Source: Vicugna vicugna (Eukaryota). From it: DNA of 64,000 nt. The stretch is taken from positions 558,001 through 622,000 of the forward strand of contig MU058418.1 of NCBI GenBank assembly GCA_013265495.1. The letters are read 5' to 3'. The first letter of the stretch is position 1, and every line of letters starts with the position of its first letter. The translations under genes were made by a program, and so were the position numbers. The notes below the pieces were generated by a model. The model did no database searches and had not been told where the DNA came from. It saw only the letters and a program-made list of their open reading frames with translations. Shown here in pieces: positions 39,212 to 51,389 of the stretch.

Positions 39212-41164
39212 GTATGTGACTGGTGTAAGCACATAAGACACACAAAAGAATACCTGGATTTTGGGGACGGGGAACGAAGGCTTCAGTTCTGCAGTGCAAA
39301 ATGTCTCAATCAGTACAAAATGGACATTTTTTACAAAGAGACACAGGCCAATCTTCCAGCTGGGCTGTGCAGCACATTACACCCTCCCATGGAAAATAAA
39401 GCAGAAGGCACCGGGGTGCAGCTGCTCACTCCAGACTCTTGGAATATCCCTCTAACAGATGCTCGCAGGAAGGCACCCTCCCCGGTGGCTGCAGCTGGCC
39501 AAAGCCAGGGCCCTGGCCCATCGGCGTCCACCACCGTCTCTCCATCTGACACTGCCAACTGCTCTGTCACTAAAATCCCTACGCCAGTGCCCAAGTCCAT
39601 GCCCATCAGCGAGACTCCAAACATCCCTCCTGTCTCCGTCCAGCCACCTGCTAGCATTGGGCCTCCCTTGGGCGTCCCGCCTCGCAGTCCTCCCATGGTG
39701 ATGACCAACCGCGGCCCGGTACCGCTGCCCATCTTCATGGAACAACAGATCATGCAGCAGATCCGCCCGCCCTTCATTCGCGGACCGCCGCACCATGCCT
39801 CCAACCCCAACAGCCCTCTGTCCAACCCCATGCTCCCCGGCATCGGGCCCCCGCCAAGCGGCCCCAGGAACCTGGGCCCCACTTCCAGTCCCATGCACCG
39901 GCCCATGCTATCGCCCCACATCCACCCCCCGAGCACCCCGACCATGCCGGGGAATCCCCCGGGCCTGCTGCCCCCGCCACCCCCGGGCGCGCCCTTGCCG
40001 AGTCTCCCCTTCCCACCGGTGAGCATGATGCCAAATGGCCCGATGCCCGTGCCCCAGATGATGAATTTCGGGCTGCCATCGCTCGCCCCGCTCGTGCCGC
40101 CCCCTACCTTGCTCGTGCCGTACCCCGTGATCGTGCCGCTGCCCGTGCCCATCCCCATCCCTATTCCCATCCCTCACGTCAATGATTCCAAGCCCCCCAA
40201 CGGATTTTCCAGCAACGGGGAGAACTTCATTCCGAGCGCCCCCGGCGACTCCTCGGCGGCAGGAGGCAAGCCAAGCGGGCACTCCCTGTCCCCACGGGAC
40301 TCCAAGCAGGGCTCATCCAAGTCCGCGGACTCGCCGCCCGGCTGCTCCGGCCAGGCCCTCAGCCTGGCGCCCGCGCCCGCGGAGCACGGCCGGAACGAGG
40401 TGGTGGACCTGACGCGGCGCGCCGGCAGTCCCCTGGGCGCAGGCGGCCAGCTCGGCTTCCCGGGAGTGCTGCAGGGCCCGCAGGAAGGCGTCATCGACCT
40501 GACCGTGGGCCACCGGGCCCGGCTGCACAACGTGATCCACCGCGCGCTGCACGCGCACGTCAAAGCGGAGCGCGAGCCGGGCGCGGCGGAGCGCAGGACC
40601 TGCGGCGGCTGCAGGGACGGCCACTGCAGCCCGCCTCCCGCCGGCGACCCCGGCCCAGGCGCCCCCGCGGGCCCCGAGGCCGCCGCGGCCTGCAATGTCA
40701 TTGTGAACGGCACGCGCGGCGCCGCCGAGGGCGCCAAGGGCGCAGAGCCGCCGCCGGAGCAGCCCCCGCCGCCGCCGCCGCCGCCGCCTCCTCCCGCGCC
40801 CCCTAAGAAGCTGCTGTCGCCGGAGGAGCCCGCGGTGAGCGAGCTGGAGTCCGTCAAGGAGAACAACTGTGCTTCCAACTGCCACCTGGACGGGGAGGCG
40901 GCCAAAAAGCTGATAGGGGAGGAGGCTCTGGCGGGGGGCGACAAGTCAGACCCGAACCTTAATAACCCCGCGGACGAGGACCACGCGTATGCTCTGCGGA
41001 TGCTGCCCAAGACGGGCTGCGTGATCCAGCCTGTGCCAAAACCCGCGGAGAAGACTGCCATGGCGCCGTGCATCATCTCCTCGCCCATGCTCAGCGCCGG
41101 GCCCGAGGACCTGGAGCCTCCACTCAAAAGGAGGTGCCTCCGAATTAGAAATCAGAATAAGTAA
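39212..41164 (+). CDS. SOBP: Last coding exon of SOBP (C-terminal 650 aa plus stop; phase-0 start): FCS-type zinc finger, Pro-rich region, SIMs, basic C-terminal NLS-like segment
   Basis: A pyrimidine tract and TAG acceptor end at 39211. The frame is open from 39212 ([36 protein letters not shown]) and joins the 614-aa ORF 39320..41164 in frame, ending [16 protein letters not shown] recognise the protein as SOBP. The exon continues to 41167 (AAG|GTTTGT donor). Confidence 0.96.
   Translation, partial: VCDWCKHIRHTKEYLDFGDGERRLQFCSAKCLNQYKMDIFYKETQANLPAGLCSTLHPPMENKAEGTGVQLLTPDSWNIPLTDARRKAPSPVAAAGQSQGPGPSASTTVSPSDTANCSVTKIPTPVPKSMPISETPNIPPVSVQPPASIGPPLGVPPRSPPMVMTNRGPVPLPIFMEQQIMQQIRPPFIRGPPHHASNPNSPLSNPMLPGIGPPPSGPRNLGPTSSPMHRPMLSPHIHPPSTPTMPGNPPGLLPPPPPGAPLPSLPFPPVSMMPNGPMPVPQMMNFGLPSLAPLVPPPTLLVPYPVIVPLPVPIPIPIPIPHVNDSKPPNGFSSNGENFIPSAPGDSSAAGGKPSGHSLSPRDSKQGSSKSADSPPGCSGQALSLAPAPAEHGRNEVVDLTRRAGSPLGAGGQLGFPGVLQGPQEGVIDLTVGHRARLHNVIHRALHAHVKAEREPGAAERRTCGGCRDGHCSPPPAGDPGPGAPAGPEAAAACNVIVNGTRGAAEGAKGAEPPPEQPPPPPPPPPPPAPPKKLLSPEEPAVSELESVKENNCASNCHLDGEAAKKLIGEEALAGGDKSDPNLNNPADEDHAYALRMLPKTGCVIQPVPKPAEKTAMAPCIISSPMLSAGPEDLEPPLKRRCLRIRNQNK
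39700..41130. other. Exonic CpG island
   Basis: Very high GC and dense CpG over about 1.4 kb, compared with the CpG-depleted flanks. Confidence 0.85.
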
Positions 41165-41259
41165 AAGGTTTGTATGCCCACCAGGGCTCTTCTCCGACTC
41201 GTTGCACCTCTCCTTACTTCTTACAAGGCAGAGGCTAGAGTTGTACTGATGACCATGGT

Positions 41260-41430
41260 TTTACCTTACATGTTTTGCAGCACACTTCGTGTGGTTACAT
41301 ACTTTCATCATTTTGATCCAACATCATTCCCATTTTACAGCTGAGGAAACTGAGTCACAGCATGTAAGTGCCATGCCGAAGGTCACTTACTTTAATGGTA
41401 AAGCTCAGTCTTGAGCCTGACTTGAAACAC
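41260..41430 (-). mobile_element. MIR
   Basis: CCCATTTTACAGCTGAGGAAACTGAGTCACAG. Confidence 0.7.
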
Positions 41431-42519
41431 TATGTACTTATTTATACTTTTATCATTAGGCTCATCTCTAATTCACACTTCAGACGTAGAAGAGAATGGG
41501 AGGGAGGAAGAAGAGAGAACTTGAGACCAATATGAGGTTACAGGGCTGTAGTAAAAGGTGAGCTGAGCCACTTCTTGGAGCTGGTAGACTCACTGGCAGA
41601 ATGTCCCAGCTCACTAAATGTTCTCAATAACCAGGGGATTCCGTTTGTAAGATGAGAATAAAAACTAACCTTCCTACATGCTAATGCCAGTTGAACCCAG
41701 GCCACAGAGCCCCATTTGCCTGGCAAGATGTTTGAGCAGCTCTTGTTCATGGGGTCTCTTCCTTCTTTTTTCACCAAGTAGCATTCGCCAGGGCAGGTCT
41801 CAAGAATCACTGACCAGCTTTGCTTTCTCCCCTTTTGGGCTAGTGGCTCAGTTGGTGGGTTGCTCACCTCTGCAGGCAGTGGGAGGCTTTGACAGAGGAA
41901 AGGGTCACATCGCTGAAATAGGTGAGAGAGCACATTCCTGACCTCACGAGGTTGCAGGGGAGTGGGTGGTCCTGCTTAATGCCAAGTGAACCATACATAA
42001 TGAGTCCGGAATTTCAGCAAGAGGAAGATGGGGAACTGGGCTGTGTAGCTGTCTGCTATAGCCAGATATGGCTTCTTTTGATTCTCCGCCAACCATAAAG
42101 GAATAGGCACCATCTGTATCATACTTAGGAGGAAGATGAGGCTTGGAGATGTTACCCAGATCAGAGCTGATAAGTGAGGGAACCAGTATTCAACTCAGGC
42201 CTGCTGGACCCGAAACCTGACTGCTCTCCCTGTCCACGAGGTCAACTGTTTATGGAAAGGAAGGGAAGGGAAATGAACATTTATTGAGCACATAACTTGT
42301 GCACAGCTCTTTCCAGGAGTTGGGGAGATACAGCGGTGAATATGATGCTTGAGGGCAGGCTGTCAAGGCACTTACAGTCTGGTGGAGACGTATATCTGGG
42401 GAGGACGGAGGCCTGGGTAGGAGAAGTGGACCTTCGAGGAGAAACAGTTGCTTGCTTTGGTACATACAGGTCCTCTTCTAAGTCTTTGTCAGTAGTGTTA
42501 ATTTGGATCCCGACCTGTG

Positions 42520-42645
42520 TAGCAATTGTTTTTATCTTCATTTTACTAAAGAGGAAACTAAGACATAGGAATTAGGTAACGTGCCCAAGATTGCCAAGTT
42601 AGTAAGCAGGGTTGAGATTCAAGTTTAAACTTTCTGACTCCAGGG
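42520..42645 (-). mobile_element. MIR
   Basis: CATTTTACTAAAGAGGAAACTAAGACATAGG...GTGCCCAAGAT...TCTGACTCCAG. Confidence 0.7.
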
Positions 42646-45600
42646 CTGTATTTTCTTTAAAACACTATAGAAGAATAGGTTAATTGGTGATAAAATTATT
42701 TTATCCACCTCAGTTGTCTTGGCGAAAGTTCCTAGACAGAACCAAGCCTACCAATCCACTTCTCTAAGTGTTTAGACTGTGTTCAGATTTTTTTGGTGGG
42801 GGGTGGGGGACAGTGTTTTTTGTTTGTTGTTTCAGCAGCAACAACAAAAACCTAGAATACCAACCCATTACTCCACAGTAGGAAATACAGGTGTGGACCT
42901 ATGTGGACTTGATGTGATGTGTCCAAATTATTGTCCCTAAGTCAGTGTATTTACTGCTGCCTTGGAGTACCTACCTAACTTATAGCCAGAAGTTTGCTTG
43001 GCAAACACAGAGCCAGTGCAAGGGGCCCTCCTGGTTGGTGCAAGAAGGGCTTCTCGGCCGCCATACCGTGAGGCTTCCTTTTCCATTGATGGCTTTGTCA
43101 GGGGGAGCAGAATACTAAAAATCAGTTCACCAGTCCTTGATTTTACATCTGCAAGTTCTGCTCTCCAAAGACAGATGGCCTCAGCCTTCTCATAGTCACC
43201 ACAATTGAAAATGCCCCTGCTTTCTCCACCAGAGTAATTTAATCTGGTTGACAAAGCAGTGAGTAATAGGAAGATGTGGGACAGAAAAAAAATGATGGCC
43301 TTTAGAAAGCCAGAAAAGCATTGGGAATTGTCATTTTAAACCCATCCTAATATCACTCATTCAAGTGACATTAAAGGAAAAATGAGAGGGTGAAAGATTT
43401 TACTACCATTACTGGAGTGAAAAGTGACCAGGTCAAGAAGAGTGTCACTAGTCCATAAGTAGCAGGGGCCCAAAAGAACATAAAAGCATGAAATATAGGA
43501 CGGCTATTTGGATGATATATGTTTCTGAATAGGCAATCAGGTGAGGGTCTTGCACGTTGACCAGAGTCATTACTAAAAATATTAACCTGGCTTCAGACAA
43601 TTTCAGAAGACAATGACGAAATCGCCTATCGCCCCTTGAGATTGGAAAGTTCTTTTTTTGATGGGTTCCCCAAGAAATTACAGCTTTCCTCTCTAAAGCC
43701 AGAGACTCCCAGACTTTGCCAGCTACAGTGGGGTGACAAGGCAAGTGATTTAAGACAGGGGAAGAACGCCTCCCCTCCACTAAATCACACTTCCTCTTGC
43801 CCTCGGTCGTTTCATGTCACCTCGCAGCACAGTTTCAACCTGCCATAATTCACATACATCCTCTGACCCTTCCTGATTTTCGGTGCGCACGTGGTGCTGT
43901 TTTTCTTCTCTGCCTTCAGAAACCCAGCCTATGCATATGGTTACAGACACCGGAAATGCATCCATTAAATAAAGGACTGTGTGACTTTTGTGCCCTGACA
44001 GTGAATGCGGTTTGGTGACACGTTAAAGCCAAAGGAGAAAGCATGAAAAGCCAAAAAACAAACCTGGACTGAGTCATGGGCGTGGGTGAGGTGTCGGTGA
44101 GGGATTTTCTCCATGTGCTTGTTGGTTACTCAATTATCTCTTACAGGAGAGTCTGTCAGTAACTTCTGTCAGGCTTCTTCATTCTTTTTAGTATGTCCGC
44201 CGTTTTCATACTGTGTCACTGTTTTTAAAAATCATTTAAAATAGATTCACAGCCCACTGTATCTTGAAATCAAAAATCCAGGTAGCTACAGCTGTCTTCA
44301 AAGAAGTCATCATTTTTGCTAGTTCTTAGGAAATTATAGGGTGTTTCTTTTTCCATTTTGAAGTTATTCTGTTCCTGGTTACCTGACTATACATTCTTGT
44401 TTGTTGATATGATTACAAATGATTCTAATGGGCAGATATTTTCCAAGATGCAGAGCTAATTAAGTTTAGTGGAAGATTTTAAAAGGTTGGAAACTTCCTT
44501 TAATCTTCAACTTTTAAGACGCCAAATACCAGTTCTGCAGCTTCTGTAAGCTGAAAAAAAAATCCCCCCAAATAATAAGGACAACAATGTATAAACACTT
44601 CCCAAACTATTCTATCCACAAAGAATTCCATTTATAAATGGAATACTCCCTTCTTTGTCTTTGCCTTAGAGCTTGGGGGATAGCTGTTTGTATTTGTGCA
44701 TTTTCTGAATTTCTACAGTTTACACTTGTTTATGGTACATTGGGGAGTTCAGAGTAACCATTTGCAAATGTTTGAAGATATTTAAAAGAAAATATTCCCT
44801 GCTCCTTGATTTTCCAGGGAAATGACATCGGCTCTTTAAGAAGTAAAATAATCAATGGAAAAAACGTGTACCATGAGTAACCCTTTCACCCTCACTTTTT
44901 CCATTCCCTAGGAGCAGCAAGATCATGCCACTTGCCACCTTTGTGGCTCCCAAATTTCTTGTGTGTTTCTAACACCAGAAAGAAAATCTAAGACTCTTTT
45001 CCCTGGCCCCCATTCCAAGATGCTCCCCCAGCCTCAGCAGCAGGGGTTCCTTCCACTTTTTGTTTTCTCTGGGAAAGCTAAAGAAGGGGGCTGTAGTTAT
45101 GGATTTTGGGAGTTTAGAGTTTAATTATTAGTCTGGTCATGGAGCCACAATCCCAGAAAGGACTATTTTAAGAAGAGGACGGGATACTGCCTCGTTAGGA
45201 AAGCTAAAAGGGTGGAGGTGGCAGGTAACTTTTTGCCAGTTTGGTTTCTCCAGCTGAGAAGTTTGAGAAAGTCAGTTGCCTGCGAGGTCAAGTCCATACA
45301 CTCGAAATACTACTATGAGTGCCAACTATGAAAGCAAGAAAAAGCGGAAAAACTGAGTGAGAAGAGAAAATAGGATGTGCTCAGATCCTATGCCAAGCTT
45401 GAGATTTTTGAATGTTCTAGTGCTTGGTTATTAGAAATCTTCATTGGCAATGTAATCCCTGGTGTTAAAGTTCTGCCTGTCAGGATGCAGATGCCCAGTC
45501 TCACTATAGGTCTTTCACAGAGCCAGCAAGGAACTGCCAGTTCTGCGTCATGCCCACATGTGTGTGGTGAGGACCTGAGAGCACGCTTGCTGTGATCGTT

Positions 45601-45838
45601 TCAAACTCATAGAAGAATATTTTCTGGATGAACAAGGTCAAGATTGGCCTTAGACACATCTCGTTCAGTGTTGCTGGGTCTATTTTAACCCTTAGGACAA
45701 GGGGATTGAAGGAGGGTTTTAACATGCAGGCATCTGGCTTTTAGATGTTATTTCAATCAGATTCTGATGGAATAGCAAATGACATATGTGACCGGGTATG
45801 TATTTCTTTTGCATGTAGCTGTAACCCTTTGTCTTCAG

Positions 45839-45941
45839 CAGGGCTGGGACAAGGGTGAGGCAGGAGAAGCGCTTAGTGTGCAAACTTTAAAGATGGACTC
45901 ACTCTCAGAGTCGGGCAAGTGCAGCACAAGTCCTGGCCCTG
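45839..45941. mobile_element. Internally deleted MER96/MER91-class hAT MITE
   Basis: Inverted ends CAGGGCTGGGAC / GTCCTGGCCCTG. Body GGGTGAGGCAGG...CTCACTCTCAGAGTCGGGCAAGTGCAG. Confidence 0.6.
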
Positions 45942-47316
45942 ACCTCCAGACCTTCTGATCCATATGGCAGCTCCCCGAGGCTGGTCTCCATGGACTAGTT
46001 CCCCCTGGAATTTCATGGAAAGTTTTCTGTGCCTATACACAGAGGCATTTTCCTTGGGAGGAGCAGTCCATAGATTTGGGCTTCAGCAAAAAATTTGCCT
46101 TACATCTCTGAAGGAGTCTTTTATATTATCACCAAGCAATCTCTGAGTTGAGACTTTTCTTGTTATTCTGAGGAAGCTGAATTAATTGTAAGTTTCCCTT
46201 AAAACTTAATTCCTATTTTTAGCAATTTTTTGCTGTGGACCTAATATTGCAGAGTCACTGTTGCAACTACATAATGTAGCCCTTGCCTCACTAAGATTGC
46301 CAGAGTGACAACATGCAGGAGGTTATAGCGTTTCAAGTTACCGTATCTTGGGGTGCCAATGGGGAGAGAAGAAAAGGGAAGCAAGAAAAGAAACAAGCTA
46401 GATACTTCCTCAACACCTTGACTTTCAAAAGTTTATACTGTATAAGCAGCCGCTGTCCTTCAGTGGAAAACCTTCTACCTGCTATTGAGGCCAAGGGAGT
46501 GGAATGGCTAGAGCCTGAGAAATGGGCAGATTAGTACACATCAGGGCATTGGGAGTCCTGCCAATCTCCCTAGCTCCCTAGCATGCTGCTTCACCTGGAG
46601 AGAGTGAGCTTGGAAAGATGAAAGCATTTGACCAGCTGTTAACAAGCCATTGCCCAGGAGGGCACTGGAAATAAGTACCCTATCTGGTTTCCAATGAATC
46701 ACTCCCTTGCCAGCCTGAGAGACTGCCTGGGTATCCTGGTTCAATCATTTACACCTACCTTTGTGCAGACAAGCATCCCAGAGGGACAGAGGTGTTCGAG
46801 GACCAAAATACACTGTAGCATGGAACACTTACCTCATGTAGGGGAATGGTTACCTCTACCACCAACGCCCTGCCTTTTCCAGACTGTCTTGTCAGAGAGA
46901 TCGTGTCAAAGGGACAGCGGGTGACCATTTTATTTTCTTTCACCCTGCCCCATGCAGAGTTATTCTGTATTCTTTAGTTGCTGGTTTAAATGCACAACAC
47001 TTTATACACGGATGCATGTTAAGGCAATGCGTTCTGCATGTGTAAACTTTTTTTTAAATGCCTCATAAGCGTAAAAGGAATCCATTTCAGAGAAACAAAT
47101 AAATTAGCTTTAAAACATAAACAGTTTAGCACTGGCATCATTTAACAGGGTCCCGTTCTCAAGGAAAAGGAGAAAATGCCAACCCACATGCCAGCTCTAC
47201 ATACTAACTGCGGAGAGCTCTTCTCCAGATTTGTGGATTTCCACCACTTTCTGCTTGAGGAAAAAAGTAGGGTGGGGTCAGGATTGAGAACATGAGGCCA
47301 TTAGCAAGGAGGGGAA

Positions 47317-47343
47317 ACACACACACACACACACACACACACA
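47317..47343. repeat. (AC)n microsatellite
   Basis: Read directly. Confidence 0.9.
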
Positions 47344-49562
47344 TTATTTCAAGGGTCATTTAAAAGATTCTAGTGAAAATAACTGGAGCAAAAGCAAAAG
47401 ACAATAACAACAAAAAAATTAGAATGTATCGCTAGTGCTTTAAAATAGCTCCTGAGTGTACCAAATGTTCTTAAATTGGACACCTGAGTCAAGTTACCCC
47501 TGAGATCCCTTAACTCTGTGCTCCTGGGACCAAGCTATGGCCATAAGCAATCAACATGTTTGTGCGGTTTTACCACATGCACAGATCTGAACAGAGAGGA
47601 GGGAACACGAGGGCAGAGCTGCCTCTCCACTGGGACTGGGACAGTCCCAGCTGTCCAGCGTTCCCTGGCCTCTCTCCATCCAGAGGTCTGGCTGCAATGC
47701 TGGATGTCTCATCATTTCCCGCTTTGAACCTCTGGTTTGTTGTCTTTCTCTGATAGCAAGCTGTGTTTTGTTTTGGGTAAAAAGGGAAGTAAGAATGTGC
47801 CTAATAGCTTTCAAAGAGCAGGAGAGAGAAACTCACTTTATGGACTCATCTGATACGAAACACTGACCTAATGTCCAAAAAATGCAATTAAAAAGTATAT
47901 CTCTCCTTCATTTGCATGGCTTATTTCCCCAGACATGTTTTTGGTATTGAAAATGAATGCTATTCCCATACAACATGTGTCTCAATTTGTAATGATATCC
48001 TCCTTGCAGCTGGCTTAGTTCGCCGACTGTTTCTAAAACATTACTGTCTTAAATTTGAGCCAACCTACAATAACAAATTTTCTAGAAGCAAAGTGGCTAA
48101 GCTGCATTTGGTGAGAGAAGGGGAAACCCTATATTTCATCCTTCAACTCTTGTTTTGGAAATTCAAACTGTAACATGACCTTTTTCTGAGAAACTCTACA
48201 CACTCATATGTTAAAAACTGTGCAGATTGGGTGTTGTGGGAGCAAGAATGATCAGGTTTAAGTTTCACTGCAAAGTTCTGCATCCCATCAACAAGCCCTT
48301 TTGATATTTTAAACCTGTATTTAGGGTAATTTCAAGATATTTGGAGCACATGTGGTTAAGTGTAGAACTTTGTCATTATGATTAGTTAGATGCTTATACT
48401 TTAAATATTTAAAAGCCATTTTTAAGTACTTTATCCAAAAGCTTTCTCCCACTAGAATACTGTAACTGAGTGGTATCTGAGCATCATCTGAGGGTATAGT
48501 AGGGACACTGTAAAGTCACTGCAGCATCAGTGCACATTTTCCCTGCTTTTCTGGTTTAATTCAGATGTCATTTTTAGTAGATTTGGCTGATTTTTAAAGT
48601 ATATAAAGTCATAAACAGGATTGGTTGTCTGTGATTTTTTAAAAAATTACCAAGTCCCCTAAAGGTAAAGTGTCCAACTTGAATCATGTCAATTCCTACC
48701 TTTTTTTCTTATCCTAGAAGTTATTAGTAAAACTTTTCATTAGGGTGTTGGATCTGAATCTGTGTTCACGTGAACTTAACGTGTCATGTTGTTCCTCCAG
48801 AATGTCTTGGGGAGAGCTTAGTAGCGGTTAGATCGAACACCTCACTCTTCATCTCCAGCCATCACGGAAAGTAAGACGTAGGTAGGGTCCCATCTTTTTC
48901 ATAAATACCTGTTTGAGCACTTAATATGAGAAAGAGGAGAGGGGGAAGAAAACCTTTTTCCAAACTCAGAATCCATTTAAGCTTCGGACGTTACACATTT
49001 CAAACTGACCACAGGCCTCTGGGGCTCTCACTCTCTGTGGCTGGCAAAATACAAACTTTCTGGTGAGAACAGGGAAAAGGAGGCTTAAAAGGGCTCATAA
49101 ACTTGCTTGGACATCCAATAGCTCTTACCCAGCAGCATTTTCATGAGTTAAGTGTAAATGACTCAGAAACATATAGATTGAATTTCTTTTAAAATACACA
49201 TGGGTTTAAAAATTAAGGCCAAAGTGCTTGGCAAAATAAGTTTTGGTTTTAGCCAAACCCCAAATGTTTGAAAAAAATATAGTTCTACAATTTTCCAAAC
49301 CAAAAATATATCCAGGTCCCTCCATTCCCCTCATTTAATGCAGTGACATCATAAACGTGGGACTTGATGTCCGTGTTTACATCCACCAAGATCTGAGCAA
49401 CGTGAATCCTAAATGCTAATTGAAAAACTGAAAAAAATTTTTTGTAGAAAAGCATTATGACCTTGCAAATGAAGAGGAGCAGCCAGGGGTTCAGGGTTCC
49501 AACTTTGACAGGACCCCTCACTGTCTGCTCTTCTCATCAACTACAATGTTCTCTGTCTCAGC

Positions 49563-49603
49563 TGTGTGTGTGTGTGTGTATGTATGTGTGTGTGTGTGTG
49601 TGT
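49563..49603. repeat. Interrupted (TG)n microsatellite
   Basis: Read directly. Confidence 0.9.
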
Positions 49604-49803
49604 CCTGTGCACAGGAGTATTAACTTAAAAAACTTTCTATATTTGGAATGCTTAATTTATACTTAATTAATTAATATATTACAATCCACCAAAGATAAGA
49701 AATGCTTAATCATATCCAAGCAGAGGGAGACAGCCCCCTATCACTCATTTATGATTCAAAGATAGTCTTCATTTATTTCCCTAGAGGGCAAAACGTCCAT
49801 TTT

Positions 49804-49970
49804 CTTTTTAAAAAAGTATTTTTCGTGTGTATTAGTTTAGGTATTTATTTGTGTTCCTTATGCTTCTATATGTTATTTATCTTTTTTTTTTTAAATGGAG
49901 GTACTGGGGATTGAACCCAGGACCACGTGCATGCTAAGCATGCACTCTACCACTGAGCTATACCCTTCCT
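49804..49970 (-). mobile_element. tRNA-derived SINE (camelid Vic-type)
   Basis: GGAGGTACTGGGGATTGAACCCAGGACCACGTGCATGCTAAGCATGCACTCTACCACTGAGCTATACCC. Possible TSD TCCATTTT. Confidence 0.9.
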
Positions 49971-50329
49971 CTCCATTTTTAACTAATGATGTTGAACACT
50001 GATTCACTGCAGGAACACTGTTATTAAGAGATATCAGGAAGGAGGATAAGAGAAAAGAGGGAAAAAAAGGGAGAGGGAATGGCAGGAGTCTTTAACTTGT
50101 TTTAAGGAGCTAATAACCTCATGAGAGAGACAAGAAATAACCAAGGTCACTTTTATAAGCATCATGCAGAACCTGCAAATGGATGTGATGCTGCAGACAG
50201 CAGGCTTCAGTGAGGGCAGGGACAGGGCGTTTCCTGCATTGTCATAACTGAGAACTGGCAGAATGAGCATGGGTATTTATTGAGCGAATGAAAGAGAAGA
50301 GTGTCGGGAGAGGAAGAGCTAATAGAGGT

Positions 50330-50700
50330 ACCATGATAGGGTTCCATATGGCAGGTGAGTTTGGAGATAGAATCTAAAACTGGGGAGGGCCATGACCTGG
50401 TGGTCAGGAGTGGAGGAACAAGGGATGCAGAGAAGAGGAAGCCACATGCGGGATGACAGTCCCCCACCCTTGGCTGGAGTGAAGGACTTGGCTGCAGAGG
50501 GAGAGGAGAGGAGGGGGAGGCTGGAGGGGAGCAGGTGGACAGTGGAGCTGGAGGTTGTGGAACTTGTACCTTGTACATGAAGCAACCTCTCCGTGACCTC
50601 GGGCAGAGGAGGGACAGGATGAAATCTGTGTTTGTGGAAAATTACTTCAGCAGCTGTTCGCAGACTGAAAGGCATCGAGAGAAAGACTGGCATCGCTGAA
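50330..50700 (-). mobile_element. L2 fragment
   Basis: Purine-rich L2-like body, including GGATGAAATCTGTGTTTGTGGAAAATTACTTCAGCAGCTG. Confidence 0.5.
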
Positions 50701-51389
50701 GCTGATCGTTGCATTCTGATGACAGGCTAATTACCAGCGGTGGATTCTAAACATCACGGGACGTTACTGCTGCAGTGTGAGGGGCAAAGGCTGCCACATC
50801 TGTGTCTTAAGTATGTAAAGCCACCGTGGCAATGCAGTGGCAGGATGGACTCTTTTCTTTGTGTCCAGAGTAGTCCTAAGGTTTCATGGCACACAGTGGA
50901 AGGAAACCTCACAACTGATGGAACATTCTGACATTCAGTCAAAGGGGATGTTGGCCGGGCCCCAGACTGTCATGGAAATAGGAGCTCCACCCCTCTGATG
51001 GACCAGCTGCTCTGAGCCCTAGGCCAGCGGGGCGGGGCATGGTGCAGGCCGTGGGCTATCACCTAATGGGTGCATGAGGCAGGCAGCAGCTCTCCTAGTG
51101 GAGAACTTCTCTGCTGATGCACATGGAGCCTGGACAGTGGCTGTCTTGATGCACAAAGCTCTGTCCTTGGCTGGAGGAGCAGCTATAAGGCTTGGCTGGC
51201 TTCCTCTACCTCAGACACCTTCAGAGATTTTCACAGAATCAGAATCAGATCCTCCCAGGGCCCACAGGTACTTTTAAGGGAATTTGACAACTTTAGGAGA
51301 TGTCCTTTTATATTTTTAACTTCCCAGGCCGTAGACCTCCTGAAGCTTCCACACGTGGTGTCTGTGGGCTCCCTGGTAGTGGAGGGAGG

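Noticed and set aside
39331..41127. Long antisense ORFs (279 aa and 317 aa, almost contiguous) and other overlapping ORFs
   Set aside because: They mirror the SOBP frame. High GC and Pro-rich codons suppress antisense stops, and the products are low-complexity Gly-rich strings.
39700..41130. CpG island as an internal promoter
   Set aside because: It is confined to coding sequence and explained by GC-rich codons. The sequence gives no independent promoter evidence.
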